Shown here: positions 1 through 9,275 of the stretch, one piece after another
How the letters are laid out: every line of letters starts with the position of its first letter
Position numbering within the stretch: the stretch's first letter is position 1
Origin: an uncultured Gammaproteobacteria bacterium
GTDB taxonomy: Bacteria > Patescibacteriota > Patescibacteriia > Magasanikbacterales > UBA922
Assembly: GCA_964550845.1 (NCBI GenBank)
Contig: CAZKAD010000001.1
Coordinates: 21,342 to 85,341 of the forward strand
Direction: 5' to 3'
DNA length: 64,000 nucleotides
Program-made: the position numbers and the translations under genes
Notes under the pieces: generated by a model
Databases searched by the model: none
The model's input: only the letters and a program-made list of their open reading frames with translations
What the model was told of the DNA's origin: nothing

Positions 1-53
1 AGAATCCTCTCTCACAGTCATGTATATGGTTAAAAACACTCGCAATTGGTAAG

Positions 54-410
54 ATGATGTCAATAGTCAAATACTTTCGAGAGCAATTTCCCTCGGTGAA
101 GAAAATGAAATCCCATCTCGAGGTCACATACTTTTGGAACGGAAAAATGTTTTGTGTTCATGTACCAATTCGAATGCAATCAAAATTGCTGAATATTAAA
201 AATCAAGCAGATCAAGACATAACTGAAGAAGTTCGAAAATACCTTGGCCCGCATGAAGATTTTCATGGCTCTTTACATCATCTGCAAAAAGTTTTTACCG
301 AGCATGGTATGATTACACTCACTATGCTAAATGGAAAAGTTGAACTTCGGAACTTGGACGATTTTCATAATTACTTTTTTGGTCTTCATAAGACTTATGT
401 CAAAAACTGA
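54..410 (+). CDS. hypothetical protein (118 aa)
   Basis: Intact ATG-to-stop ORF with no recognisable motif. Confidence 0.35.
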   Translation: MMSIVKYFREQFPSVKKMKSHLEVTYFWNGKMFCVHVPIRMQSKLLNIKNQADQDITEEVRKYLGPHEDFHGSLHHLQKVFTEHGMITLTMLNGKVELRNLDDFHNYFFGLHKTYVKN

Positions 411-459
411 TATTTTACTCCATCAAATAAGACTTTATCATTACCATTACAATAGAAAA

Positions 460-1422
460 ATGTCAATTAACTTCGAAATCTGGGAAGATAAAGTCTTATT
501 AGTTGAAGACTTCAATAACGATCTAAATCTTTTCTTGATTGATTTTAATCAATTGACTTTCAGGAATGTAATTTCTTTTTTCTCAATTGCCATTGATGGT
601 TATCTGCTTATTTTAACTCGGAAAAAGGTCTTTTTGCTTGATCGGAATATTCAAAGGGTGCAAAAACTTGATGTATATATTAATCATGCAATTAAATATG
701 AACGAGGAATTGCAATTATTGAACATATAGCAGGTTCAAGTTTGTTCCATTATTTTAGTTTTGATCCAGCAAAAGATAATTTTTTGATTCGAGAGCCTTT
801 CTTCACAGGATCTCTCGACGCAAAAACATACAACATTGTTGCTCGTGGGAACGAACTGATTCATTCTTATAAGCATGGGATCAATAGTATTGCACCAAAC
901 GGAAAGGATTACAAATTCAAGACTCTGTTTCCTTTTTTCGAAATTCTTAATCAACTCTTTGAATATAACGGATATATTTATTCATCTTCGTTTAAGCGCG
1001 ATTTGTTTAAAATAAATGATATCGATCCAAATAAAACTCAGGTAACTTTGTTTCATTCCATCTTGAAACCGGAAACTATTTTTCAAGATCGAAATTGGCT
1101 CATTTTAATCACATACGAAGGAATTCAAATTTTTGATATGGAAACAGAGACAATTTTTTGGCAATCTTCTTACTCACATCTTGATCAAAATATGTTACGT
1201 AATTCGGTCTACAAAAAGGGATTTGTCTGCCATTATGATACACATGGCACAAGTGTTCAAGTTTCGAAGTTAACCAATGCAATTGTCCCGATTGGCTTTC
1301 TTACTTTAATCGCAACAGGTCTAAGTTTTGTTGGAACGTCGGTGTGGTCTTCTTTTCTGATCAAAGATCTGTATGATCCTCGATTATTGGTGTTAATTTG
1401 GAGGATGGCTTTTTCAGATTAA
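460..1422 (+). CDS. LYDPR-box family protein, type I (large N-terminal domain)
   Basis: C-terminus VWSSFLIKDLYDPRLLVLIWRMAF matches the box shared with 11 other ORFs. Start placed at ATG 460 (MSINFEIW) because the 331 extension overlaps the previous ORF. Confidence 0.7.
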   Translation: MSINFEIWEDKVLLVEDFNNDLNLFLIDFNQLTFRNVISFFSIAIDGYLLILTRKKVFLLDRNIQRVQKLDVYINHAIKYERGIAIIEHIAGSSLFHYFSFDPAKDNFLIREPFFTGSLDAKTYNIVARGNELIHSYKHGINSIAPNGKDYKFKTLFPFFEILNQLFEYNGYIYSSSFKRDLFKINDIDPNKTQVTLFHSILKPETIFQDRNWLILITYEGIQIFDMETETIFWQSSYSHLDQNMLRNSVYKKGFVCHYDTHGTSVQVSKLTNAIVPIGFLTLIATGLSFVGTSVWSSFLIKDLYDPRLLVLIWRMAFSD

Positions 1423-1446
1423 TGTTTTCAATCTTTTCGGAGATTA

Positions 1447-1454
1447 AAAATTGA
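1447..1454 (+). promoter_or_regulatory. AAAATTGA promoter-like octamer
   Basis: 10 nt upstream of ATG 1464. Confidence 0.55.
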
Positions 1455-1463
1455 TTACTTGAA

Positions 1464-2471
1464 ATGAAAATGAAAGTGAAAAGGCATCCAATGTACGATA
1501 TTGGTGCAAATTTCTTTATCTCGATTTATGGGGTTTTATTTTATCTTCTTTCGGTACTTTTAGTGAAAAGGGTCGATTTTGTCGAAAATTTGTTTTGGAT
1601 CTTTATAGGCAAACTCACCAATTGGCATTGGTATGCGATCGAACAAGACAAAGTTTATACAATACTCAATATGAGCTCTTACTCTTCAATTAAAGATCCA
1701 AGACTTGAGGCTGATTTCTTTATTTCCATCGGGAAATATTTTGTTCTTTGTGGTGCTCGGATGTTTCGGGATAGTGCTCATTTGTTTATCCATCAATCTC
1801 AATATGAGAAAATTTTTCTAGCTAGATGCTCTGACAAAAAAACAGAGAAAAAACTTGGTTTGATTGAGTTGTTTTATCGAACAGGGACTATTGATCAAAC
1901 AACTTACAAAAAACAATATTTTTCTGTCAAACATAATGAGTATAAATTTCAGACTGAAGTAATTGATCAAGTGTTAAAGATCTACGAACAAAAAGACAAA
2001 TGTGTCTGTGTTTTTAGTGGTCCTCCTCGAGCTTGCAAATCTTACACATCTCTATTGATCAACAAACGTTTTTCGACAAATGGAAATCATTCTTATTTTT
2101 GCGATTCATTTAATCCTACCGATCATGGGGATAATTTTTCTCTGCTATATTCGGTTGTCTCGCCGAAAAAGGAAAGTCCTTTGATTGTGATGCTGGAGGA
2201 ATTTGACGCAATTCTCTTAAACTTAGACAAAGAAAGATCTTTACATCTGAATCAAAGAGTAATGGTGCAGACAAAGAAAGATTGGAATCTCTTTCTCGAT
2301 AAATTTGATCGAGGGATGTATCCCCATGTCATTTTGGTAATGACAACCAACAAATCATTTGTCGAACTTGAACAATTTGACAAATCTTTTCTTCGCGAAG
2401 GGCGCGTAGATTTCAAGCACGAATTTCATCTTGAAGGGAAAAGTGTTGTCAAAATTGATTCCCAATCTTAA
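1464..2471 (+). CDS. AAA+ ATPase (BCS1-like, N-terminal TM helix)
   Basis: Walker A-like SGPPRACKS, Walker B LIVMLEEFD, sensor-1 LVMTTN, Arg-finger region REGRVD. Hydrophobic N-terminal helix FFISIYGVLFYLLSVLLV. Confidence 0.7.
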   Translation: MKMKVKRHPMYDIGANFFISIYGVLFYLLSVLLVKRVDFVENLFWIFIGKLTNWHWYAIEQDKVYTILNMSSYSSIKDPRLEADFFISIGKYFVLCGARMFRDSAHLFIHQSQYEKIFLARCSDKKTEKKLGLIELFYRTGTIDQTTYKKQYFSVKHNEYKFQTEVIDQVLKIYEQKDKCVCVFSGPPRACKSYTSLLINKRFSTNGNHSYFCDSFNPTDHGDNFSLLYSVVSPKKESPLIVMLEEFDAILLNLDKERSLHLNQRVMVQTKKDWNLFLDKFDRGMYPHVILVMTTNKSFVELEQFDKSFLREGRVDFKHEFHLEGKSVVKIDSQS

Positions 2472-2489
2472 GCATCATGAATAATTGTC

Positions 2490-2732
2490 ATGCAGTGCTC
2501 TTCACGACAAGTAGATCGAATCGTACTCAAACGATTAAGAAATCTCGATCGAAGTGTCTGTTGTATTCCAAAAGAATGTTCCTTTTTTCCAGATCGAGTG
2601 TTGTACATTATGACCGATTGGAGGGGAAATATTCGCAAACAAATATGGGTATTTGCAGATAAATTTGAATATCAAAATCGGAGATATCCGACTGTCGATA
2701 AATTACTCAAAGCAATTCATAGGGAATTATAA
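2490..2732 (+). CDS. hypothetical small protein (80 aa)
   Basis: ORF followed directly by hairpin 2741..2765. No motif. Confidence 0.3.
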   Translation: MQCSSRQVDRIVLKRLRNLDRSVCCIPKECSFFPDRVLYIMTDWRGNIRKQIWVFADKFEYQNRRYPTVDKLLKAIHREL

Positions 2733-2740
2733 ACATCTTA

Positions 2741-2765
2741 TTTTTCACTCCAAGGAGTGAAAAAA
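2741..2765 (+). terminator. gene-end hairpin
   Basis: tttttcactcc-aa-ggagtgaaaaa. Confidence 0.55.
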
Positions 2766-2769
2766 TTGA
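2762..2769 (+). promoter_or_regulatory. AAAATTGA promoter-like octamer
   Basis: 55 nt upstream of the polB ATG. Confidence 0.65.
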
Positions 2770-2823
2770 TCATTCTTTTTATTCTCAATTATATAAATAC
2801 CTCCTTCCAATTACCGTTTAAAA

Positions 2824-5781
2824 ATGTCACAGCTCACAACAGGAACTGCGTATATTTTTTCATGGTTTGCGGAAGATGACGGAATGATCCATGCATTCGG
2901 AATGACTCCAGAAAACGAAACTGTTCACTTAATTATTCTCAACTTTACTCGATATTGTTATATTGAATTACCTCCCGAAATTGACTGGGACAATCCAATT
3001 CATCAACGAAGTTTCCAAGAAGCTGTTGGATCAATGAATCAAGAAATTTATCCTCAACAAATGGTCTTTATGAAAAAGCATCGATTGTATCGAGCTCATA
3101 TGGTCAAAACCGATCAAGGTTATCAACGATGTTTATTCCCTTATCTTTTTGTTTGTTTCAAAACGCAAAAGGCAATGATTGATTTCACTCGTCGAGTTAG
3201 TTGGGGAATCTATATTGAATCAATTGGAAGAAAAATTAATTTACGTTCGCATGAACAAGACGCAAGTCCTTTTTTGCAACTCGCAGTTTGTCGCAACATC
3301 CCAATTACCGGTTGGATTGACTTCACTGGAGTGAAGCAATCCGATGACTGGAATAGCTCTTATTGTAAACATGAATATGTACTCAATTGGAATACACTGT
3401 CTGCTTCGAAAGACCAAAAATTGCTCAAGACTTTGCCCAAAGTTAAAATCGTTTCTTTTGATTGGGAGGCAAACTCAACCAATCATAATCGAATGCCAAA
3501 TGAAAAGAAGCCCGGAGATGTCTTGTTTCAATGTTCGATGAGTGTGTTTGAACATGGATCGGATAAAATCGAAAATCATCTTTTGACTCTTGGTTATCCT
3601 GATCCAGCGAAAGTAAGTGAAGGAAGAACCGATCCAGTCAAAATTCATCACTACGCAACTGAAGCTGACATTTTGGAAGGATTTGCCAAAATGATCATTG
3701 AGCTCGATCCACAAGTGATTACCGGATACAATATCATGGGCTGGGATTTCAATTATATGATTGCCCGCGCTAAACTAAACAATGTCTATCAATCATTTTC
3801 CCAATTTGGATACATCAAAGGAATGTCTGCGAAAGAAAAGAACATTACCTGGTCAAGCTCCGCATTTAGCAAACAAAGTTTTTCTTATCCTGCAATTGCC
3901 GGACGAATTATTATTGACATGCTTCCTGTGATTAAAAGAGGGTTTAAGTTTGCCAGTTACACGTTGAGTAATGTTTCAGTTGAAATCCTCGGGCCGAATC
4001 AAACCAAGGATCCTCTCACTCCACAAGGCATTTTCAAATGCTTTCAAATTGGATCACCTGAGACACTATCGATAGTAGGCAAGTATTGTGTGAGAGATTC
4101 CGAAGTCACTTCGTTTCTGTTCCAAAAACTCAAGACTTGGGTTGACAGCTGTCAAATGTCAAGTATTATGGGTGTTCCGATCTTTGATCTTTCGACACAA
4201 GGACAACAAGTTAAGATTTACGCTCAAATTTATCGAGATTGTTTTCTTAAGAATACGGTCGTTGAAAAGAATGGCTATGTCTGTGAAAAAGACGAGAGTT
4301 ATACCGGTGCAATCGTGTTGACACCTATTCCAGGTCTTCATGAAAATGTGGTTACGTTTGATTTCGCCAGTCTGTATCCATCAGTAATTGTGGAAAAGAA
4401 TATTTGTTATTCGACTTGGGTGATTGATCCAAATATTCCAGATGAAGATTGTCACGTACTTGAATGGGAGGATCATATTAATTGTCCTCATGATACCGAA
4501 AAAAGATCCGACAAAAAGAAAGTGATGTGTGCGAAACGTAAATATCGATTTCTTAAGACTCCGCAAGGAATTTTGCCAAATATTCTCACGCGATTGACTG
4601 CTGAAAGAAAGAAAGTGAAGAAAGAGCTCGAGGGGGTTGAAGAAAAGGAGAAGGAAGAAAAAGATCCTATGTTGAAGAAAGATTTGAAGATGTATGCAAC
4701 CATTCTTGACATGACTCAAATTGCAATTAAAACTGTATCCAATAGTATGTATGGTGTGATGGGTGTTACCGAAGGCCGACTGCCTTTTATGCCAGGTGCA
4801 ATGTCGACTACCGCTGGTGGTCGAGCTGCAATTATGAAAGCGAAGAAAATCATCCTTGATCGTCATCCTGGCAAAGTTATTTATGGTGATACCGATTCGT
4901 TGATGTATATCTTCGATGATATGAAGCGTTTCGAAGATGAAAAGGGGAAGATCGATTACAAAGCTCTTGAAAAGTTCTGCAACAAAGTGTCAGAGGAAAT
5001 CTCTTGTCACTTTGCAAAACCGATGAAACTCGAATTTGAAAACATTGCGGAACAATTCTTTATTTTAACCAAGAAAAGATACATTTCAAAACTCAGTAAT
5101 GGAAAAGTTAAAAAGCGAGGTATCATGTTAACTCGACGAGATAACGCCGCTTGCTCGAGAAAAGCTTATGAAGGATTGCTTAATCTTATCTTTCAAAAGG
5201 CACCCCTGGATAAAATTTTTGACTATATTGTTGAAGCTCTCAATCAAATCTATAGCCATTATTACCCAAGCAAAGATTATGCAATCACAAAGAGTATCAA
5301 AGACATCGATACTTACAAAGTCAAAGCTCTTTCAACCGAACTAGTCGCTCGTCAACGACAATTGAAGAATAAGTTTCTTCCTTATGTTGAACCAAACAAT
5401 CCACAGGCCTCGAAGATCGAAGATGAATACAAATTTCGATCTTTGCCAGCCCATGTTCAGTTGGCTGAAACAATGAGATCAAGAGGGTCAATTGTTGAGT
5501 CTGGAAGTCGATTTGCTTATGTAGTGACTACTAAAGGTGGTCCTTCGGGAAAAATGTGGCAAAAGATCGAAAGTCTTGAATATTATTCTCGTCATCAGGG
5601 AATGATCAATTTAGATAGCAATTACTATGGCAAGGCCCTGATTAATCCGTTTGATGAAGTACTTCAAATCATGTTCCAACGACAAAATTTTACTAAACAA
5701 CAACACAAAATTCGTCTGCAAAAATATGAGATGCTCCAAGAGCTGAAGAGATTGATGGCTCCTCAACTTATTGCTGAATAA
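2824..5781 (+). CDS. polB: DNA polymerase, family B
   Basis: Exo I SFDWE, motif A FDFASLYPS, motif B KTVSNSMYG, motif C YGDTDS. 985 aa, uninterrupted. Confidence 0.97.
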   Translation: MSQLTTGTAYIFSWFAEDDGMIHAFGMTPENETVHLIILNFTRYCYIELPPEIDWDNPIHQRSFQEAVGSMNQEIYPQQMVFMKKHRLYRAHMVKTDQGYQRCLFPYLFVCFKTQKAMIDFTRRVSWGIYIESIGRKINLRSHEQDASPFLQLAVCRNIPITGWIDFTGVKQSDDWNSSYCKHEYVLNWNTLSASKDQKLLKTLPKVKIVSFDWEANSTNHNRMPNEKKPGDVLFQCSMSVFEHGSDKIENHLLTLGYPDPAKVSEGRTDPVKIHHYATEADILEGFAKMIIELDPQVITGYNIMGWDFNYMIARAKLNNVYQSFSQFGYIKGMSAKEKNITWSSSAFSKQSFSYPAIAGRIIIDMLPVIKRGFKFASYTLSNVSVEILGPNQTKDPLTPQGIFKCFQIGSPETLSIVGKYCVRDSEVTSFLFQKLKTWVDSCQMSSIMGVPIFDLSTQGQQVKIYAQIYRDCFLKNTVVEKNGYVCEKDESYTGAIVLTPIPGLHENVVTFDFASLYPSVIVEKNICYSTWVIDPNIPDEDCHVLEWEDHINCPHDTEKRSDKKKVMCAKRKYRFLKTPQGILPNILTRLTAERKKVKKELEGVEEKEKEEKDPMLKKDLKMYATILDMTQIAIKTVSNSMYGVMGVTEGRLPFMPGAMSTTAGGRAAIMKAKKIILDRHPGKVIYGDTDSLMYIFDDMKRFEDEKGKIDYKALEKFCNKVSEEISCHFAKPMKLEFENIAEQFFILTKKRYISKLSNGKVKKRGIMLTRRDNAACSRKAYEGLLNLIFQKAPLDKIFDYIVEALNQIYSHYYPSKDYAITKSIKDIDTYKVKALSTELVARQRQLKNKFLPYVEPNNPQASKIEDEYKFRSLPAHVQLAETMRSRGSIVESGSRFAYVVTTKGGPSGKMWQKIESLEYYSRHQGMINLDSNYYGKALINPFDEVLQIMFQRQNFTKQQHKIRLQKYEMLQELKRLMAPQLIAE

Positions 5782-5809
5782 TTTTCTTTTCGAAGAAAGT
5801 TTAACTTTT

Positions 5810-5834
5810 TTCTTTTTCTCGTTCAGAAAAAGAA
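5810..5834 (+). terminator. polypyrimidine/polypurine hairpin ending on the next start codon
   Basis: ttctttttct-cgttc-agaaaaagaa. The last A is the A of ATG 5834. Confidence 0.5.
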
Positions 5835-7060
5835 TGGGTGCAATTACATCAAACAATAAATTGACCGCAGCTGGAGCTCTCGATCTACAACAAAAACTTT
5901 ACGAAGTTCGAGAAAGTCTCAAGCAGAAATTCAAATATTCTGAAATTAAGTATTCAGATCTTGCTACAGATCCAGAAATATTTCGACAATATGAGGGTGG
6001 TCGATTCGAAATACATATTTTAGCCACTGTTAATAAGGGAGGAAAACCTTATGTTCTTCACACCCTTCTTCCCGATTTACGTGACGTTGAAGGATACAAG
6101 AATATTTTTTTGAGTTACATTCAAATTATTGAACAAGTTCAGCCTTATGTTTCGAAAACTTATCTCCCGGTGATGAAAGGATGGACTGTTATGAAGTATA
6201 ACATTGACGATCATGATATTTTTCTCCCTGCAATTGTGTATGAACCATTTGTTATAACTGATTCAGTCGCAAGTTGGGAAAGCGCGGAATTAACACCATA
6301 CAGCTGTCAAGATGTTTATCAATTTGCGATTAAATCATTTCAAACTTTGATTGTAACTAGAAATCTAAAAGCAGGTTGTCATTTCTCTCGATTTGCGACT
6401 TTCTTTGCTCTTAATGGAAAAGGACTTGTTATGCTTCCGGGCAAACCTTGTAACCAAGGAGCCAATAAATGTGATCAGGACTATTTTAATGATAAAAGTC
6501 CGGCTGCAATTGATGAAATTAATGATATTACTTATCTACTTATTCAATTGATGGTTGGAAATGGGGCAAATCAGTTCATCCAAAAAATAAGCTCTAACAC
6601 TAATCAAATCAATCAAGGAAAACAATTTCTCTCGCAACATGTTGGAAAACTTTGTCAATTGCTGCTCGAGCCTCTTCTCCAAACCGACATTTCAAATATC
6701 TATACTCCGGAAGCATATCTCGAGTATCTCCGATCGAAACCAGTTCTAGACATGTTCACCAAAGTCAGTGGAATTGAACAGACAGACGAAGATGTGCAAA
6801 AAATTGCCCAAGATCTCGCGCTAATTAAATCTGTAAATCAAACTGCATTTCAAGAATATTGTGGTTCTCGAGAACCTTTGAGAGAAGTACTCCGATCGAT
6901 GTTGAAATGTCTCGGAGAAGCAGACAAAACTTTATCTGCGGATGAAAAAGTCAAATTGATTAAGCAGATGATTTCAGATTCAAAAGTTAATCTTTTTGCC
7001 GTTTGCTACAAAGGCGAGGAACTCGAACAAGAAATATCCAATTTGGCAAACCAAGAATAA
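5834..7060 (+). CDS. hypothetical protein with MGxxxS (myristoylation-type) N-terminus
   Basis: Start moved to ATG 5834 (MGAITSN). The 5771 extension reads through hairpin 5810..5834. Confidence 0.6.
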   Translation: MGAITSNNKLTAAGALDLQQKLYEVRESLKQKFKYSEIKYSDLATDPEIFRQYEGGRFEIHILATVNKGGKPYVLHTLLPDLRDVEGYKNIFLSYIQIIEQVQPYVSKTYLPVMKGWTVMKYNIDDHDIFLPAIVYEPFVITDSVASWESAELTPYSCQDVYQFAIKSFQTLIVTRNLKAGCHFSRFATFFALNGKGLVMLPGKPCNQGANKCDQDYFNDKSPAAIDEINDITYLLIQLMVGNGANQFIQKISSNTNQINQGKQFLSQHVGKLCQLLLEPLLQTDISNIYTPEAYLEYLRSKPVLDMFTKVSGIEQTDEDVQKIAQDLALIKSVNQTAFQEYCGSREPLREVLRSMLKCLGEADKTLSADEKVKLIKQMISDSKVNLFAVCYKGEELEQEISNLANQE

Positions 7061-7089
7061 TAATCTAGCAAAAAATTCAACTTTTTCTT

Positions 7090-7113
7090 TTTCTTTTCTT
7101 TCCAGAAAAGAAA
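7090..7113 (+). terminator. polypyrimidine/polypurine hairpin 2 nt before the next start codon
   Basis: tttcttttct-ttcc-agaaaagaaa. Confidence 0.5.
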
Positions 7114-7115
7114 TC

Positions 7116-8768
7116 ATGGCGAATGTAAGTATTTACGATCTTTCTTTCAAAGGAAAGGAAAAACAGACCGGATGGTTTGGAGGAGAAACAATCGCAGAAA
7201 TTGACTCTGGACTCCAAATTACAAGCAAACAAGTCCTTCCGAATGAACAAATCTACAAGGCAGTGAAAAAAGTTCCTTCTGATAAGACTCTTCCAGATGA
7301 CTTTGTTGTCCAAGTTTTTTTTACCTTTGATGAACAAAGCTTTATTCGAAACAAGAATGCTGTCCGAATGATGAAGAAAATCAGTGACAATATGGCACCA
7401 AACGGATTTTATTCAATGCCCTCGTTACCTTTTGTCTATTCTTTCTATCCAAATGATCGTCAAGTGAATCAAAGGACCAATACTACCTACGCAATCATGA
7501 AACCTATCCCAATGTGGAGGCATATTCTCGACACTTCAACGCGAAAATTCCACTGGTTTATGTTCAATGCGCTTTCCACTTTGTTCTATCTTCACAAGCT
7601 CGGAATCATTCACCGAAATATCTCTCCCGACAGTGTCTACTTTGTAACTGACTCGAATGATAATCCTTCGATTTTTATTCATAATTTTGCTTCTGCTTGC
7701 TGGATGAATGATCAAACCGATTTAACCCAGATTGTGAAGTGTAATGAAACTGCTCCACTCCTCGACTACATCGATCCAGTCCTTCTTCCGAAGAGTCGAG
7801 TTCAACTTCAAAAGCTGCAACAACAAGCAGCGAGTAATTTGAGTGAGGCAAGAAAAAAGGAACTTATTGGTCAAATTGACCAGGCTCAGGCAGAATTCAA
7901 TAAGAAAAAGAATGATTTCAATGCGGCTGGAAAAGGAAATCAGATCCAGAATGACCCCAGTATGAAAGTGTTAAGGGAAAAAATTGGTAGATTGAGGGGA
8001 GAACTTGGCGGAGCTCCTCCGCGAGATGTACGTGATAATCAGGCGACTTATGCTCCATTCACTGACAAGTCTGATGTCTACGCAATGGGAATGTTATTTT
8101 ACCAAATTGTGACACAAGGAATTGGTTATGAAAACCAAAATCGTGATCCTTGGGATGAAGCTCTCGCTTCAAATATTGATTTTCCTCAAAATCAAGACAA
8201 GATTTATGCCTCAAGAAAATTGAGATTATCGCGATCAAATCTTGATGCCAGACTCCAAAATTTAATTCTCAAGATGATTCACCCAAATCCAGCACAACGC
8301 TGTGATGCTGAAGAGGGTCTTTTACAATTGATTGTTTCCGCGCCTGGTGCAATTGAGGAAAAAGTTGCCCAATTTAGAATCTCAAATATGGAAGGAGAGC
8401 CACAACGAGCAATTATGAGATTTCTTGGATCTCAATCTCATCCAGAAATTCCCAATTCGAACGAAGGTACGTTGGCTAAAAGAATGCAATTAAAATGGTC
8501 AGACATCGATCAACAAATTCAAAACAGTGAAGAGGCTGCGAATAAGTATGGTTCGATTCGAGAGCGAAAATTTAGTCCTGAACAACAAGGATCTTCATGG
8601 GGACAAGGTTTTTATAAGGCCGGTTTGGCTGCTGCACCTCTCGCAGTACCAGCCGCCGTAGCTGTATTTAATCCATTTGCTGCAGGTGCAATGGTTGCCG
8701 GAGCGGGTTTAATCAAAGTTCACGATCGGTTTCAACAGAAATTGTCACAACGATGGAGAAAAGGATAA
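7116..8768 (+). CDS. protein kinase-like protein, probable pseudokinase with hydrophobic C-terminal tail
   Basis: Kinase subdomains LGIIHRNISPDSVYF, IHNFASA, SDVYAMGMLFYQIV, HPNPAQR. HRD and DFG aspartates are both Asn. Gly/Ala-rich tail GLAAAPLAVPAAVAVFNPFAAGAMVAGAGLI. Start at ATG 7116. Confidence 0.75.
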   Translation: MANVSIYDLSFKGKEKQTGWFGGETIAEIDSGLQITSKQVLPNEQIYKAVKKVPSDKTLPDDFVVQVFFTFDEQSFIRNKNAVRMMKKISDNMAPNGFYSMPSLPFVYSFYPNDRQVNQRTNTTYAIMKPIPMWRHILDTSTRKFHWFMFNALSTLFYLHKLGIIHRNISPDSVYFVTDSNDNPSIFIHNFASACWMNDQTDLTQIVKCNETAPLLDYIDPVLLPKSRVQLQKLQQQAASNLSEARKKELIGQIDQAQAEFNKKKNDFNAAGKGNQIQNDPSMKVLREKIGRLRGELGGAPPRDVRDNQATYAPFTDKSDVYAMGMLFYQIVTQGIGYENQNRDPWDEALASNIDFPQNQDKIYASRKLRLSRSNLDARLQNLILKMIHPNPAQRCDAEEGLLQLIVSAPGAIEEKVAQFRISNMEGEPQRAIMRFLGSQSHPEIPNSNEGTLAKRMQLKWSDIDQQIQNSEEAANKYGSIRERKFSPEQQGSSWGQGFYKAGLAAAPLAVPAAVAVFNPFAAGAMVAGAGLIKVHDRFQQKLSQRWRKG

Positions 8769-8770
8769 TG

Positions 8771-8845
8771 TTCCGAAAGACTCTTTGAAGTGGTTAAACG
8801 TCCGAAGAACTCTTTGAAGTGGTTAAACGTCCCATAGACCAATTA
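8771..8845 (+). repeat. TTAAAC-hairpin repeat array (29-bp unit, 2 copies plus partial)
   Basis: tccgaaRRactctttgaagtggttaaacg twice. Confidence 0.85.
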
Positions 8846-8880
8846 AAAGAAAAGTCATCTTTTTAAACGAAAACTAAGTG

Positions 8881-9219
8881 ATGGCCGAGAACGTTGATTT
8901 TACTGAGATTAACAAACATATTGTTGCAATCACATCTCTTCGAAATCAATTGTCAAAATCGGAGAAAATTGATGAGATTACCAAGATCCGTAATCAAATC
9001 CTTGAGATCGAGGTCAAAATTTTGACCGAACGAGAAAAAGGCTTGAAGAATCTTCAAGTTCGAAAGGAACAGTTACTCCAGAAGACTGCACAGCTTCAAA
9101 TCGAACTCGATAATTCAAAGACTGAACTCGACTCATTAAATCTTCAAATTACTGCTCAAACTGACCGATATCGAAACTCGATCATGAAGCGTATGTTTGA
9201 CCTTGAAAATGACAAGTAA
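8881..9219 (+). CDS. coiled-coil protein (112 aa)
   Basis: Heptad-rich, charged sequence. First ATG at 8881. Confidence 0.5.
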   Translation: MAENVDFTEINKHIVAITSLRNQLSKSEKIDEITKIRNQILEIEVKILTEREKGLKNLQVRKEQLLQKTAQLQIELDNSKTELDSLNLQITAQTDRYRNSIMKRMFDLENDK

Positions 9220-9236
9220 AAATTGTGAATGGACGA

Positions 9237-9244
9237 AAAATTGA
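9237..9244 (+). promoter_or_regulatory. AAAATTGA promoter-like octamer
   Basis: 32 nt upstream of the RNR R2 ATG 9276. Confidence 0.65.
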
Positions 9245-9275
9245 GTTCCATTTTTCTTCCTCTCAAAAAGAAACC

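Noticed and set aside
2477-2662. 61-aa ORF overlapping 2490..2732
   Set aside because: It is an alternative frame of the same short region. The 80-aa frame ends right before the terminator hairpin and was preferred, although both are weak.
4381-4866. 161-aa and 74-aa antisense ORFs inside polB, and similar antisense ORFs inside kinesin, the capping enzyme, RPB1 and the 59623 gene
   Set aside because: They lie entirely within strongly supported genes on the opposite strand, have low-complexity translations, and have no promoter octamer or hairpin of their own.
5771-7118. Longest-ORF N-terminal extensions (5771, 6996; likewise 331, 11188, 13799, 25476, 40690, 41417, 42880, 46055, 50275, 52166, 63006)
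   Set aside because: The extensions start at non-ATG codons or read through intergenic hairpins, repeats or promoter octamers, and they overlap neighbouring genes. A downstream ATG gives a sensible N-terminus in each case.
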